From positions 12,937-76,936 of the IMG/VR virus record IMGVR_UViG_3300020046_010243: a DNA stretch of 64,000 nt. One strand, written 5' to 3'. Below are positions 17,001 through 26,037 of this stretch, piece after piece (positions within the stretch are counted from its first letter, which is position 1; each line of letters opens with the position of its first letter). Below the pieces are notes generated by a model. It searched no databases. It was not told where the DNA came from and saw only the letters and a program-made list of their open reading frames with translations. The translations under genes and the position numbers were made by a program. This DNA is from a virus (lineage: Duplodnaviria; Caudoviricetes).

Positions 17001-17939
17001 ATGCTCCGCTACTTCCTCTCTGGCGCGTCGGGCATCCGCAATGAGGTGCTGCCCCGCGTCGCTGCGCTCATCCCCTACCGCCTGCTCTCCATGCACTCGG
17101 CGTTCAAGGGGAATACCAAGACGTGGACTGCGGTCTCGCACCATCCCGACTCCGGGATGAAGGAGGTCATGCTCGACTCGGGTGCCTTCACCGCCTTCAC
17201 CAAGGGCCACAAGGTCGAACTGAACGACCTCATCGCGACCTATGATGACACCATTCGCAAACTGAATCCGAAGCTCCAGGTCTGGCTCATCAACCTCGAC
17301 GTGATACCAGGGTCCTTCGGGAAAGTCGCGACGCCATCTGAGGTAGTCGATGCGCTCGCGCGCAGCGATGACAACTACAAGATACTCAAGAAGCGCTATG
17401 GTAGCCGAGTGCTGCCGGTCTTCCACCAAACCGAGCCGAACTCGCGCCTGCGCGAGGTAGTCGGCATGAATGATTTCGTGGCGATGGGCTTTCGGCAGGA
17501 CTTCGCCGAGGAGCACCGCATTCGCTGCGCTGAGGAGTCGCTCGAGTATGCGCACAGCAAAGGGATTCTTGTGCATGGACTTGCTACTACAGGATATAAA
17601 ATGCTCTCTCGCGCGCCATTCGATACCGTGGATAGCGCCACGTGGTTATACATCGCAGCGATGGGAGGAATTAGTTACGTCAGCGAGTCGGGCACCATCG
17701 ACTCCATTGCCATTTCGCAAGAGTCGCCTCAGCAGCGCACTCTCCGCGCTCATTACCGAACCCTGCCCTACGATGAGCAGCAATTCATCCTCAACCGCAT
17801 CGCGGAGGCGGGGACGTGCCTGAAGGAGATCGAAAGCGATCTCTCCTACCGCATCCTCTTCAATGCGCACCAGATGCGCGAGTGGTTGAAGTCATACAAG
17901 CGCCCGGTCATCAAACGCGAACAAGGACTCTTCCTATGA
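17001..17939 (+). CDS. dpdA: TGT-like DNA deazaguanine transglycosylase (DpdA family)
   Basis: MLDSGAFT, INLDVIPG, PVFHQ, VHGLA, FDTVDSATW; adjacent to que genes. Confidence 0.85.
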   Translation: MLRYFLSGASGIRNEVLPRVAALIPYRLLSMHSAFKGNTKTWTAVSHHPDSGMKEVMLDSGAFTAFTKGHKVELNDLIATYDDTIRKLNPKLQVWLINLDVIPGSFGKVATPSEVVDALARSDDNYKILKKRYGSRVLPVFHQTEPNSRLREVVGMNDFVAMGFRQDFAEEHRIRCAEESLEYAHSKGILVHGLATTGYKMLSRAPFDTVDSATWLYIAAMGGISYVSESGTIDSIAISQESPQQRTLRAHYRTLPYDEQQFILNRIAEAGTCLKEIESDLSYRILFNAHQMREWLKSYKRPVIKREQGLFL

Positions 17940-18211
17940 GCAATACGCTGGTCCCGCCGTATCCCTTCGGTCTCTCCTCGCTGCTCGGATTGTCGTTCGT
18001 CGAAATACCCGACCGCTATGAACCGGTGCTGAAACTGCGCGAAGGGCTCTGCGTCAGCGATGAGTTCCGCCGCGACTTCAACGCCTACCTGCTCGAAACC
18101 TTCGGGATGCGCGATGTTTCTCTTGTTCCGAAAGGGACGAGCTTCATCATCGGCGGTTCGCACCTGATGATGCGCGCGAGCGATGCGGTCAAGCTTTCAA
18201 CCTTGATTTAA
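17936..18211 (+). CDS. hypothetical protein, 91 aa
   Basis: ATGA overlap with dpdA stop. Confidence 0.6.
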   Translation: MSNTLVPPYPFGLSSLLGLSFVEIPDRYEPVLKLREGLCVSDEFRRDFNAYLLETFGMRDVSLVPKGTSFIIGGSHLMMRASDAVKLSTLI

Positions 18212-18218
18212 GGATCCC

Positions 18219-19208
18219 ATGAGCAAGCTCGACGTACCTCCCGAAGCCATCGAGTCGCTGCGCCTCGCCTGCATGCTCTGCGAGACGGGCGCGGCCATCG
18301 AACGCTACCGGCACATCACCTTCGCCGACAATCAGGTGCGCGCCTTCAATGGCATCGTCAGCCTGCAAGCACCCTTCCCCGCTGAGAACGAGACGTTTGC
18401 AGTCAACGAAGAGCGCCTCGAGCGGGCACTCGCGGCGTGCGAGGGCGAGGGGCTGTCGGTCAGTCAGACGAAAGACCACCTCATCTTCAAACAGAAAAAG
18501 CTCACCATCCGCGTGCGCAAACTGAGCGCAGACAGCGTATTTTCAGACCGCATGGTGCTCCCCGCGAAGGAAGACCGCTTCGATGCATCGCTGCTGCAAA
18601 ACGCGCTAGGGAAGGTCGCGCCTTTTGTCAGCGCCGATGCGTCGCGCCCATGGTCGGTCGCTGCGCTCTTCCAGTATGGTCATGCATGGGCGACCAACAA
18701 TCTCGCTCTTGTGCGCTCACCCATCGCGCTCGACGTCGAACTCAAGATTCCGTCGCCCGCGATTCCGGTGCTGCTCGCGCTGCCCAGCATCGAGTGGGTC
18801 GCGAAAGATGAGCACAAGGTCTTTGTCGCGCACAAGCGTGTAGTGCTGAGCTTCCCCGAGCATCAAGGCGACTGGCCCGATGTGCGCGCCTTCTTCAAGG
18901 ATAAGCCGAAGAAACTCGAGCCGCTCGACTCGGAACTGCTCGACGCCGCGAAAATGGTCGAGAAGTTCGCGGATCGATTCGTGACGCTCTCGCCTGGCGC
19001 TATCGAAGGGAAGACCGCGACGATCGAGTCCGAGTATGAGGTCTCGGTAAAAAAGGGCTGCGGCACCTACTCGGCGAAGTTGCTCTCGTTGGTGCTGAGC
19101 GTCGCGTCGCACGGCGACTTCTCGACCTACCCGAAACCGGTGTTCTTCGCGGGCGAGGGGATCGAAGGCGTCGCGGTCGGAGTGACGCCCGAACAGGCGG
19201 CAGCGTGA
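18219..19208 (+). CDS. DNA polymerase III beta-clamp-like processivity protein
   Basis: ~330 aa; VRAFNG and DASRPW..ALFQYGHAWATN(N) resemble DnaN D.sR..l.gv...ATD repeats; near polA. Confidence 0.65.
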   Translation: MSKLDVPPEAIESLRLACMLCETGAAIERYRHITFADNQVRAFNGIVSLQAPFPAENETFAVNEERLERALAACEGEGLSVSQTKDHLIFKQKKLTIRVRKLSADSVFSDRMVLPAKEDRFDASLLQNALGKVAPFVSADASRPWSVAALFQYGHAWATNNLALVRSPIALDVELKIPSPAIPVLLALPSIEWVAKDEHKVFVAHKRVVLSFPEHQGDWPDVRAFFKDKPKKLEPLDSELLDAAKMVEKFADRFVTLSPGAIEGKTATIESEYEVSVKKGCGTYSAKLLSLVLSVASHGDFSTYPKPVFFAGEGIEGVAVGVTPEQAAA

Positions 19209-19456
19209 AGCCGATACCGATTCTGCTCAACCATGATCCAAGCGCAAAGCCAATCGGCTATGTGCTGTCGCATGCTGATGGATCGCTGCGCGTTCGCATA
19301 TCGAAGGATGTGCGCATCACGCGGGAAATGCTATTCGATATTTTCGGGGGCGCGGGCATCCGCATCAACTCGTCCGCGCTCGAAAAAGATGGGACCATGG
19401 TAATACATGAGGGCACCATCCTCGAATTTTCGTTGTCGAGGCAGGCGACCGCATGA
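19205..19456 (+). CDS. hypothetical protein, 83 aa
   Basis: Coupled ORF; ILLNHD..KPIG. Confidence 0.6.
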   Translation: MKPIPILLNHDPSAKPIGYVLSHADGSLRVRISKDVRITREMLFDIFGGAGIRINSSALEKDGTMVIHEGTILEFSLSRQATA

Positions 19457-19680
19457 TCGAACAGGTAGCCATCGCCATCTGCGGCGTCGCTTCGATCTGG
19501 CTGTCGCAGTCGCCCTCCTTCGCGCAGCGCCGCTGGGCTCCCGTGATCGGGATCATCGCGCAGCCCTTCTGGTGCTACGCCGCTTGGAAGGCTGAGCAGT
19601 GGGGTATCTTCGCGCTCTCGCTTGTCTATGCCGCGGGTTGGGTGCGCGGGCTGCGCACGTACTGGTGGGGTCGAGGATGA
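19453..19680 (+). CDS. small membrane protein, 75 aa
   Basis: Three hydrophobic segments, QPFW motif. Confidence 0.7.
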   Translation: MIEQVAIAICGVASIWLSQSPSFAQRRWAPVIGIIAQPFWCYAAWKAEQWGIFALSLVYAAGWVRGLRTYWWGRG

Positions 19681-19829
19681 TGCTGCGAATCAGCGCCCCG
19701 CATTTCGTCGCGGGCATCGTGCGCGGCGGTCTCTGCGCGCCCATCATTCGTTATATGAAAGGCTGGACGCTTGCGCAAATTGAAAGCTACTGCGCGAAAA
19801 AGAGCTGGGAAGTCGAGAGGATGCCTTGA
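19677..19829 (+). CDS. hypothetical protein, 50 aa
   Basis: MMLRISAPHFVAGIV...; coupled overlaps. Confidence 0.55.
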   Translation: MMLRISAPHFVAGIVRGGLCAPIIRYMKGWTLAQIESYCAKKSWEVERMP

Positions 19830-20029
19830 AACCGAAACCACATATACAGCGGGCGCAACCCTACGACGGTGACGGATGGGTCTGTTATTGCCGCGGACCG
19901 GATGACCATGGGATCGGGTTCGGCAAGACTCCCGAGGAAGCATACCGTGACTGGCTAAACCCCGACTCGCTATTCAAGTTCTGGACGCAGGGCGCGGGCG
20001 CCTTTCGGCGGGTGAGCGGCCTTGGGTAA
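19826..20029 (+). CDS. hypothetical protein, 67 aa
   Basis: GIGFGKTPEEAYRDW motif; coupled. Confidence 0.6.
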   Translation: MKPKPHIQRAQPYDGDGWVCYCRGPDDHGIGFGKTPEEAYRDWLNPDSLFKFWTQGAGAFRRVSGLG

Positions 20030-21959
20030 CCTCTTCGACGACGAAGGGCTGTTTTGGGTGCCCGAGCAGTATAGCCGGGAGAAGGTCGACCGCAAAGCGA
20101 AGCAGCCCCGCATCCTGCCCGGGATTCCCGAGACAGGATGGAAGCCGCGCGCTATCTTCCCCGACCTCTCCGCGGCGAAAGCGATCTCCTTCGATACCGA
20201 GACGTTCGACCCCGACTTGCTCACCCTGGGCCCCGGTGCGATGCGGGATGGTTTCATAGTCGGCGTCAGCGTCGCGGCTGATGACTTCTGCGCCTACTAC
20301 CCGATCCGCCATACGATCGGCGAGAACCTTGATCCCGTCCCGGTCTTCGCATGGTTGAAGGATCAGCTAGGGCGTCCCCGGCAACCGAAGGTCGGCGCGA
20401 ATCTCCTCTACGATCTCGAATTCCTCGAGGAGGCCGGGGTGCATGTCGAGGGGCCCTTCTATGATGTGCAGTTCGCGGACCCACTGATCTACGAATACGA
20501 GTCGAGCTATTCGCTGGATTCCATCGCGCAGCGTCGCCTTGGTCTGCGCAAGGAGACTTCGCTCCTCTACCAATGGTGCGCGGATGCATATGGCGGGAAG
20601 CCCGATGGGGCGCAGCGCGCGAACATCTGGCGTGCGCCCTCAGAACTCGTCGGTCCCTATGCGGAGCAAGACGCGCGACTGCCCCTGCAAATCATCCGCA
20701 AGCAATGGGCGATGCTGCGCGATCTCGAACAACTCGACATCTTCCTGCTCGAGTCACGCCTGATTCCGATGCTGCTGCATATGCGTCGGCAAGGCGTGCC
20801 TATCAACGAAGCGCGGTGCAAGGAAGTCGATGCCGAGTTGACCATGAAGCTCGACGCGATGCAGAAGGAGTTGGGGTTCAACGTGCATGCCCCCGGCGAC
20901 CTGCGCGCGCTATGCGAGGCTGAGGGCATCGCCTACCCGCTGACAGCGCAAGGCAACCCGAGCTTCACCAAGGGCTGGCTGAAGGAGCAACTGCACCCGA
21001 AGTTGCGGCAGGTGAACGACCTGCGCACGCTCTACAAGATGCGCGATACTTTCATCCGCGGGGCGTTGCTCGGCACCGCGCAAAAAGGGCGCATCCATTG
21101 CCAGTTCCATCCGCTGCGCAGCGACAGCTACGGCACGGTCAGCGGTCGGTTCAGTTCCTCGAACCCGAACTTGCAGCAGGTCCCCGCACGCGACGAGTAC
21201 TGGGGCCCCACAGTGCGCTCCTGCTTCGTGCCCGACGAGGGGCTGGCATGGTTGAAGCTCGACCTATCGCAGATCGAGTTTCGTCTTGGCGTGCACTACG
21301 GCCAGGGTGAAGGGATTGAGGAGGTGCGTGACGCCTATCGCAACGACCCGAAAATTTCCTTCTACCGACTCGCTGCGGGGCTCACCGGTCTCCCCTATCA
21401 GGAGGCTAAGTCGCTGTCGCTGGGCACGCTCTACGGCATGGGACTCCCGAAGTTCGCCTCGATGATCGGTCGTTCGCTCTCGGAAGCGAAGCAGATATTC
21501 TCGACCTACAATGAGAAGTTGCCCTTCATGCGCGCGACCTACAACCACTACTGCACGATCACCGAGACTCGCGGTTCGCTGAGCGAGACCGGCGATGGTT
21601 GGGTGCGCACGATCGGCAACCGCCTCTGTCATTTGAATGCCGGGTTCGAGCACAAGTCGCTCAACCGCATGCTACAGGGCTCCTGCGCTGACTGGATGAA
21701 ACGCGCGATGCTCGACGCTTGGGAGGCGGGAGTCTTCGATGTGCTCCTGATTTACCTCACGGTGCATGATGAGCTTGATACCGGAGTGCCCCGTTCGCGC
21801 GCGGGGGCGCAGGCAGCGCGCGAACTGCATAATGCGCTGACGAGCGCGTACGCATTATGCATCCCGGTGCTCGCAAGTAGTTCGATGGGTCGGGCCTGGG
21901 GCGACTTGGATGATGTCGACCCGCAGGATTTTGAGAAGTACCTACTGGAGAAAGTATAA
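20022..21959 (+). CDS. polA: family A DNA polymerase with 3'-5' exonuclease
   Basis: SFDTET exo I, TVSGRFSSSNPNLQQVP, DLSQIEFR motif A, K...LG.LYGMG motif B, LQGSCAD, TVHDEL motif C. Confidence 0.95.
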   Translation: MGNLFDDEGLFWVPEQYSREKVDRKAKQPRILPGIPETGWKPRAIFPDLSAAKAISFDTETFDPDLLTLGPGAMRDGFIVGVSVAADDFCAYYPIRHTIGENLDPVPVFAWLKDQLGRPRQPKVGANLLYDLEFLEEAGVHVEGPFYDVQFADPLIYEYESSYSLDSIAQRRLGLRKETSLLYQWCADAYGGKPDGAQRANIWRAPSELVGPYAEQDARLPLQIIRKQWAMLRDLEQLDIFLLESRLIPMLLHMRRQGVPINEARCKEVDAELTMKLDAMQKELGFNVHAPGDLRALCEAEGIAYPLTAQGNPSFTKGWLKEQLHPKLRQVNDLRTLYKMRDTFIRGALLGTAQKGRIHCQFHPLRSDSYGTVSGRFSSSNPNLQQVPARDEYWGPTVRSCFVPDEGLAWLKLDLSQIEFRLGVHYGQGEGIEEVRDAYRNDPKISFYRLAAGLTGLPYQEAKSLSLGTLYGMGLPKFASMIGRSLSEAKQIFSTYNEKLPFMRATYNHYCTITETRGSLSETGDGWVRTIGNRLCHLNAGFEHKSLNRMLQGSCADWMKRAMLDAWEAGVFDVLLIYLTVHDELDTGVPRSRAGAQAARELHNALTSAYALCIPVLASSSMGRAWGDLDDVDPQDFEKYLLEKV

Positions 21960-22454
21960 ATGCTGATGAGTCGGAGAGGTTTCCTAGGCATGATCCTAGC
22001 GGCTGCGGTGGCTCCGGCGATAGTCCGGGCCTCCTCGCTGATGAAGGTTGTGCCCCGGGCGCGATATGCTGTCCCGGAAGTGTGTTACTGGGTCGACGCC
22101 GATGGGGCCTTGCTTGGTCCGCTTGACGAGCTTGTCCCCTGCCCGCTGATGTACTTCAGCAAAGTGCGAGAGGACTTCGATTACATCGACGTCTCGACTC
22201 TCATGAGCGAGGCGAAGGAGTACGCCCTTGGCGTTCACTATGGCTTCCGGGCAGACTTCACGGTGGAGGTGCCGCCCGGGGCGCGGGCGGAGTTCTACTT
22301 TGACGGGCGACCGGCTCCGGTTCCGGTGCGCCTCGACTTCTCGCCATCAGCAGTCAACCCGACCGGCGTACTGGTCGCGCACTTCGATGATGTCGCGTTG
22401 GCGGAGTACGGCAACCGGGTTCCTGTAGTTCAAATCAGAAAGGGACGCACATGA
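21960..22454 (+). CDS. protein with twin-arginine (Tat) signal peptide
   Basis: N-terminal SRRGFLGMILAAAVAPAIVRA. Confidence 0.7.
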   Translation: MLMSRRGFLGMILAAAVAPAIVRASSLMKVVPRARYAVPEVCYWVDADGALLGPLDELVPCPLMYFSKVREDFDYIDVSTLMSEAKEYALGVHYGFRADFTVEVPPGARAEFYFDGRPAPVPVRLDFSPSAVNPTGVLVAHFDDVALAEYGNRVPVVQIRKGRT

Positions 22455-22618
22455 TTATCGAAGACCTCGCACTGATGGATCGGCGCACGCTGGAGAAACG
22501 GTGCAAGCGCGCGGAGTGCCTCATCAAGAGCGCCAAGCAGCAGGGCAACGCAGAGGCGGAAGCCTTCTGGACGCGCAAGCTCAAGGAGTACAAGAGCGAA
22601 CTGGAGGAGAAGGAATGA
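22451..22618 (+). CDS. hypothetical helical protein, 55 aa
   Basis: ATG at 22451, coupled both ends. Confidence 0.55.
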   Translation: MIIEDLALMDRRTLEKRCKRAECLIKSAKQQGNAEAEAFWTRKLKEYKSELEEKE

Positions 22619-23364
22619 GCGCGCCGGATGCAGCTATACCCGACATGACAGAGTGCCCTTGGTGTCATTCGATCTTCGCAGCACAGCATCACCCGCCCGC
22701 CCCGCCCGCCCTTTGCCCGCACGGCAAAGACCGCGAACAGGTGAACTGTTACGCCTGCATCAACGTACCGCCCGCCCCCGCTGCGCCCGCCGATTGGACC
22801 GATACGCGGGCACTATCGGGGATACTCAGCGTAGAAGAGAGGCAGCGACCCGCCCCCGCTGCGCCCGCGCCGACTCTCGAACCGTCACCATGCAAGGAGA
22901 ATTGGGTCGAGCAGCAAGTAATGGCGTGCAATCCGCCCGCCGCCGTGCGTGCGGATGCCGCCGCGCACAGGTGGGCCTACAGTTACTTGCAGTCGCGGAT
23001 GGAGAGCATCGACCGACACGGGTGGGCGCACGATTGTGATGGAGAGATTGAAGCGCGGATCGCCGCCCGCAGCGCAGGGGACGAAATGAGCGATCAAACA
23101 GCGTCCATCTGGTATTCGTGCAACGATAGCGAGTCCCGCTACGAGGCGCAGGTCCCGGCATTTTGGATCGAGCGCGGCGAGCCGTGGTACGACGATTGCG
23201 CCGAGCGATGCGCGGACGACTATCACAGCAACCACGACGGCTGGGAGTCGGTGTGGCCGCGCACCTTCAAGCTTTATGCGACCGAGGACGGCCCCGCGCT
23301 GGCCGCGTTTGAGGTTGACCGAGAGGCCCGGCCCGAATTCATCGCGTCCCCGGTGCCGCTATGA
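22615..23364 (+). CDS. hypothetical mosaic protein with Cys clusters and Pro/Ala linkers
   Basis: CPWC, CPHG..CYAC, PAAPA linkers. Confidence 0.55.
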   Translation: MSAPDAAIPDMTECPWCHSIFAAQHHPPAPPALCPHGKDREQVNCYACINVPPAPAAPADWTDTRALSGILSVEERQRPAPAAPAPTLEPSPCKENWVEQQVMACNPPAAVRADAAAHRWAYSYLQSRMESIDRHGWAHDCDGEIEARIAARSAGDEMSDQTASIWYSCNDSESRYEAQVPAFWIERGEPWYDDCAERCADDYHSNHDGWESVWPRTFKLYATEDGPALAAFEVDREARPEFIASPVPL

Positions 23365-23600
23365 AGGCTGACCTGCGCGAACGGCTGATGGCGCTGGCTG
23401 ATGACCGCGATAACTGCGGCCACGGGTATAGCTACAGCGATTTATGCCACGTCGCCCTAGCCGCCGCCCGGCTCGCGCTGGACGATGCGGCGCAGGCGTG
23501 CGAGGACCGCGCCAACGACAAACTGCCCAACCCGCTCTTTTGTCTTGGTGCGCGCCAGTGCGCCGCCGCTATCCGAGCCATGCGCGAGGAACTCAAATGA
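23361..23600 (+). CDS. hypothetical protein, 79 aa
   Basis: Coupled ORF; CAAAIRAM ending. Confidence 0.6.
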   Translation: MKADLRERLMALADDRDNCGHGYSYSDLCHVALAAARLALDDAAQACEDRANDKLPNPLFCLGARQCAAAIRAMREELK

Positions 23601-23788
23601 CACGCGACGACGCGACTGCTGTTGCTGATGCCATCATCGAAGTGGTGGCGGCGAAAATCAACATGGATAATGCGGGGGCGATGCTGCCGCGTTACGTCCA
23701 TGAGATTGAGGTGAAGAACTTCGTGCTCAAACGGGAAGCACTCATCAACAAGCTCAGCCGCAAGACGCTGGGAACGGGAGGCATATGA
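23597..23788 (+). CDS. hypothetical protein, 63 aa
   Basis: ATG at 23597 after gagga RBS. Confidence 0.55.
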   Translation: MTRDDATAVADAIIEVVAAKINMDNAGAMLPRYVHEIEVKNFVLKREALINKLSRKTLGTGGI

Positions 23789-24015
23789 CTACAATCGACA
23801 GAGCGCATTGCGGACCACACAAAGCGACCTGCGCGGCGTGCAGGCAGGAGATTGGTGCATACGAGTCGAGGTGCTATGGTCCGACCGGCGCAATCCATGC
23901 CTTCGATCCGGCCCACTCGATCTACGGGAATAAGGATGCACGCCCGTGCAATCCTGCGGTGTATCCAGAGGTCTTCGGCAGCGGGCTGTATCCGAATTAC
24001 TACACGGACGGGTGA
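23785..24015 (+). CDS. small Cys/His-rich protein, 76 aa
   Basis: CAAC, coupled start. Confidence 0.55.
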   Translation: MTTIDRAHCGPHKATCAACRQEIGAYESRCYGPTGAIHAFDPAHSIYGNKDARPCNPAVYPEVFGSGLYPNYYTDG

Positions 24016-24019
24016 TGCG

Positions 24020-24310
24020 GTGCCGCAGAATCCCCGCCAGCCAATGCCCCGTCCGCGCAAGACGGGCTGCGCTTACTGCGCGCGGGAGGTCCAGCCTCCC
24101 GGGTCGCTGAACTGCTGCGGATGCGGAGCGCCGCTTCGGTCGCCGATCCGGCCCACGCCTCCTCCGCACCGGGTCGTTTGCCAAGGCTGCGATGGGAAGT
24201 TTGCTTCATGCGCTCGCTGCGGCGGCTCCGGGCTCATCGAAGTCACTTCTTTTTTAAGCACTGAACCAGAGTACCTCGAAATCTCGCAACCGAAAGGCAT
24301 CAAAAAATGA
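24020..24310 (+). CDS. small double zinc-finger protein
   Basis: CAYC..CCGC and CQGCDG..CARCGGSG; start uncertain. Confidence 0.55.
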   Translation: MPQNPRQPMPRPRKTGCAYCAREVQPPGSLNCCGCGAPLRSPIRPTPPPHRVVCQGCDGKFASCARCGGSGLIEVTSFLSTEPEYLEISQPKGIKK

Positions 24311-24876
24311 AGCTCACCATCGCCTGCGTGAACTACGGGGACTATCTGGGGATGGGCGACCGGTACGTCGATGCATTGCGCCGCTCCGTCTCACGCCACC
24401 TGAGCCGCCCGTATGAGTTCGTTTGCCTCAAGGATGAAGGCGACTGGCCTGGGTGGTGGTCGAAAATCGAGTTGTTCCGACCGGGTCGGTTCAAGGGGCG
24501 CGTGGTTTTCTTCGACCTCGACGGAGTCGTCACCGGTAACCTCGACCGCTTCGTCGAAAACAAGGGGATTATCGACCTCGCCGACTGGGGCTGGACCACA
24601 CATACCCTATGCTCTACGGTGATGGTCTGGGATGGCGACGAGCATCGACGCATCTTTGACGACTTCGATTGGGCGGTTCCGCAACTATATCGGGGCGATC
24701 AGGACTGGATCACCGCGATTGGCGGCTGGCAAATCCTACCGAAAGGGTTCTGCTGCTCGTATCGCTACCATGCCGTCCGGGGAATTCCGCGGGACTGCGT
24801 GCATGTTTCGATGCATGGGCGACCCAAGCCGCACGAAATTACCGAGGGCTGGGTCCCCGCGACCTGGGACAAGTAG
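24307..24876 (+). CDS. GT-A fold glycosyltransferase (GT8-like)
   Basis: GWWSKIELF, FFDLD (DxD), GDQDWI, HGRPKPHE. Confidence 0.85.
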   Translation: MKLTIACVNYGDYLGMGDRYVDALRRSVSRHLSRPYEFVCLKDEGDWPGWWSKIELFRPGRFKGRVVFFDLDGVVTGNLDRFVENKGIIDLADWGWTTHTLCSTVMVWDGDEHRRIFDDFDWAVPQLYRGDQDWITAIGGWQILPKGFCCSYRYHAVRGIPRDCVHVSMHGRPKPHEITEGWVPATWDK

Positions 24877-24881
24877 TCGCG

Positions 24882-25241
24882 CTACCCGATCACGCCCGCA
24901 AAATTCGGCGGGTTCCAAGTGATTCCGCGAGCGCTGAGCAGCGCGACCGCGCGGTCGACCATCAACTGCGCTGCGGCAGCACCCTCGGGATCGGTCGCGG
25001 GGTCGTTCAAAGCAGCGGAAAAACGCTCGAAATTCTCGTTGGCGACCTGTTCTAGCGACGCATCGCTGAGCGATTCGAGCGAGTCGGGCTCATGCGAGAG
25101 CGCAGGGGGCTTTTCCGCGCGGAATTCCGTGCTCTGCTGCGGTCTATGAACGATTTTCTGCTCCGGCGCCTCCGCAACCATTCGGTCGACATAGCTCGGC
25201 TTGCGGGGGAAGGTGCGGTTTTTATGCGGGGGCTTGTTCAT
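24882..25241 (-). CDS. hypothetical protein, 119 aa
   Basis: Last ORF of late operon; aaagga RBS. Confidence 0.6.
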   Translation of the reverse strand: MNKPPHKNRTFPRKPSYVDRMVAEAPEQKIVHRPQQSTEFRAEKPPALSHEPDSLESLSDASLEQVANENFERFSAALNDPATDPEGAAAAQLMVDRAVALLSARGITWNPPNFAGVIG

Positions 25242-25271
25242 GGGGTTCCTTTCAAGCGGTCAATGCGGCGC

Positions 25272-25790
25272 TCAGGGCAGCGGTCGCGGCAGTGAGTTCG
25301 GTTTGACCTTCTCAGCGCACCAGAGATCCGATGCGCTGACCGATGATCCATCGGGCTGCGGCACCTTGACGTCGGGATACCAGACGCCATCTGCTCCGCC
25401 CTCGAACTTGATAAACGAGTAGGTCCCATCGGGGTTGCGCCGCTCCTGCACATTGGCGCCTCCCGATCCGCCGCCGCCATAAGCCTGCACGCGCAACGAC
25501 GCCTCGCCGCCCCACTTCGCGACCGCCCAATTCTGCTCAGTCGGGGTCAGCAGCGTCCCCCATGCGCAGTTCTGCCCCACCGCTGCACGGGCCATGAAGG
25601 TGACTTCCGGATCCGTCGGGATCGGAGTGGGGTCGGGAGCGGTCGCCCAGTTCAGTGCGCCGGCCAAGTTACCGAAGGCGACCCACTCGGTCGCATCGAT
25701 CACGACGGCACCGCCTCCGGGCGGGATGCGAAAGTAGATATTCGAGAACAGCGACGCATCGGCGGGGTTCGGGTGAAAGCATTTGGTCAT
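25272..25790 (-). CDS. hypothetical protein, 172 aa
   Basis: TGATG coupling with upstream ORF. Confidence 0.65.
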   Translation of the reverse strand: MTKCFHPNPADASLFSNIYFRIPPGGGAVVIDATEWVAFGNLAGALNWATAPDPTPIPTDPEVTFMARAAVGQNCAWGTLLTPTEQNWAVAKWGGEASLRVQAYGGGGSGGANVQERRNPDGTYSFIKFEGGADGVWYPDVKVPQPDGSSVSASDLWCAEKVKPNSLPRPLP

Positions 25791-26032
25791 CAGAAGTCTC
25801 CTAATGCACTGAGGTGATTGGAGTAGTACCGCACCGCTTCCTCATCGGCTTGTTTCTTGATGCGCGCATAGAGAGCAAGCAGTAGCGGGTCCTCGGAGTT
25901 CTCGAACTCCGCTACCAGGGTGAACGGGATCGTAACGCGCGATCCCGTTCCCCCGGTACCGCCGAAGGGCCGGCGGTAATCAAGCTCGCCGGTTAAGCGA
26001 GCCCGATCATAGACGACCCCAAGGTCAGACAT
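25790..26032 (-). CDS. hypothetical protein, 80 aa
   Basis: In-operon ORF. Confidence 0.6.
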   Translation of the reverse strand: MSDLGVVYDRARLTGELDYRRPFGGTGGTGSRVTIPFTLVAEFENSEDPLLLALYARIKKQADEEAVRYYSNHLSALGDF

Positions 26033-26037
26033 GGCGA

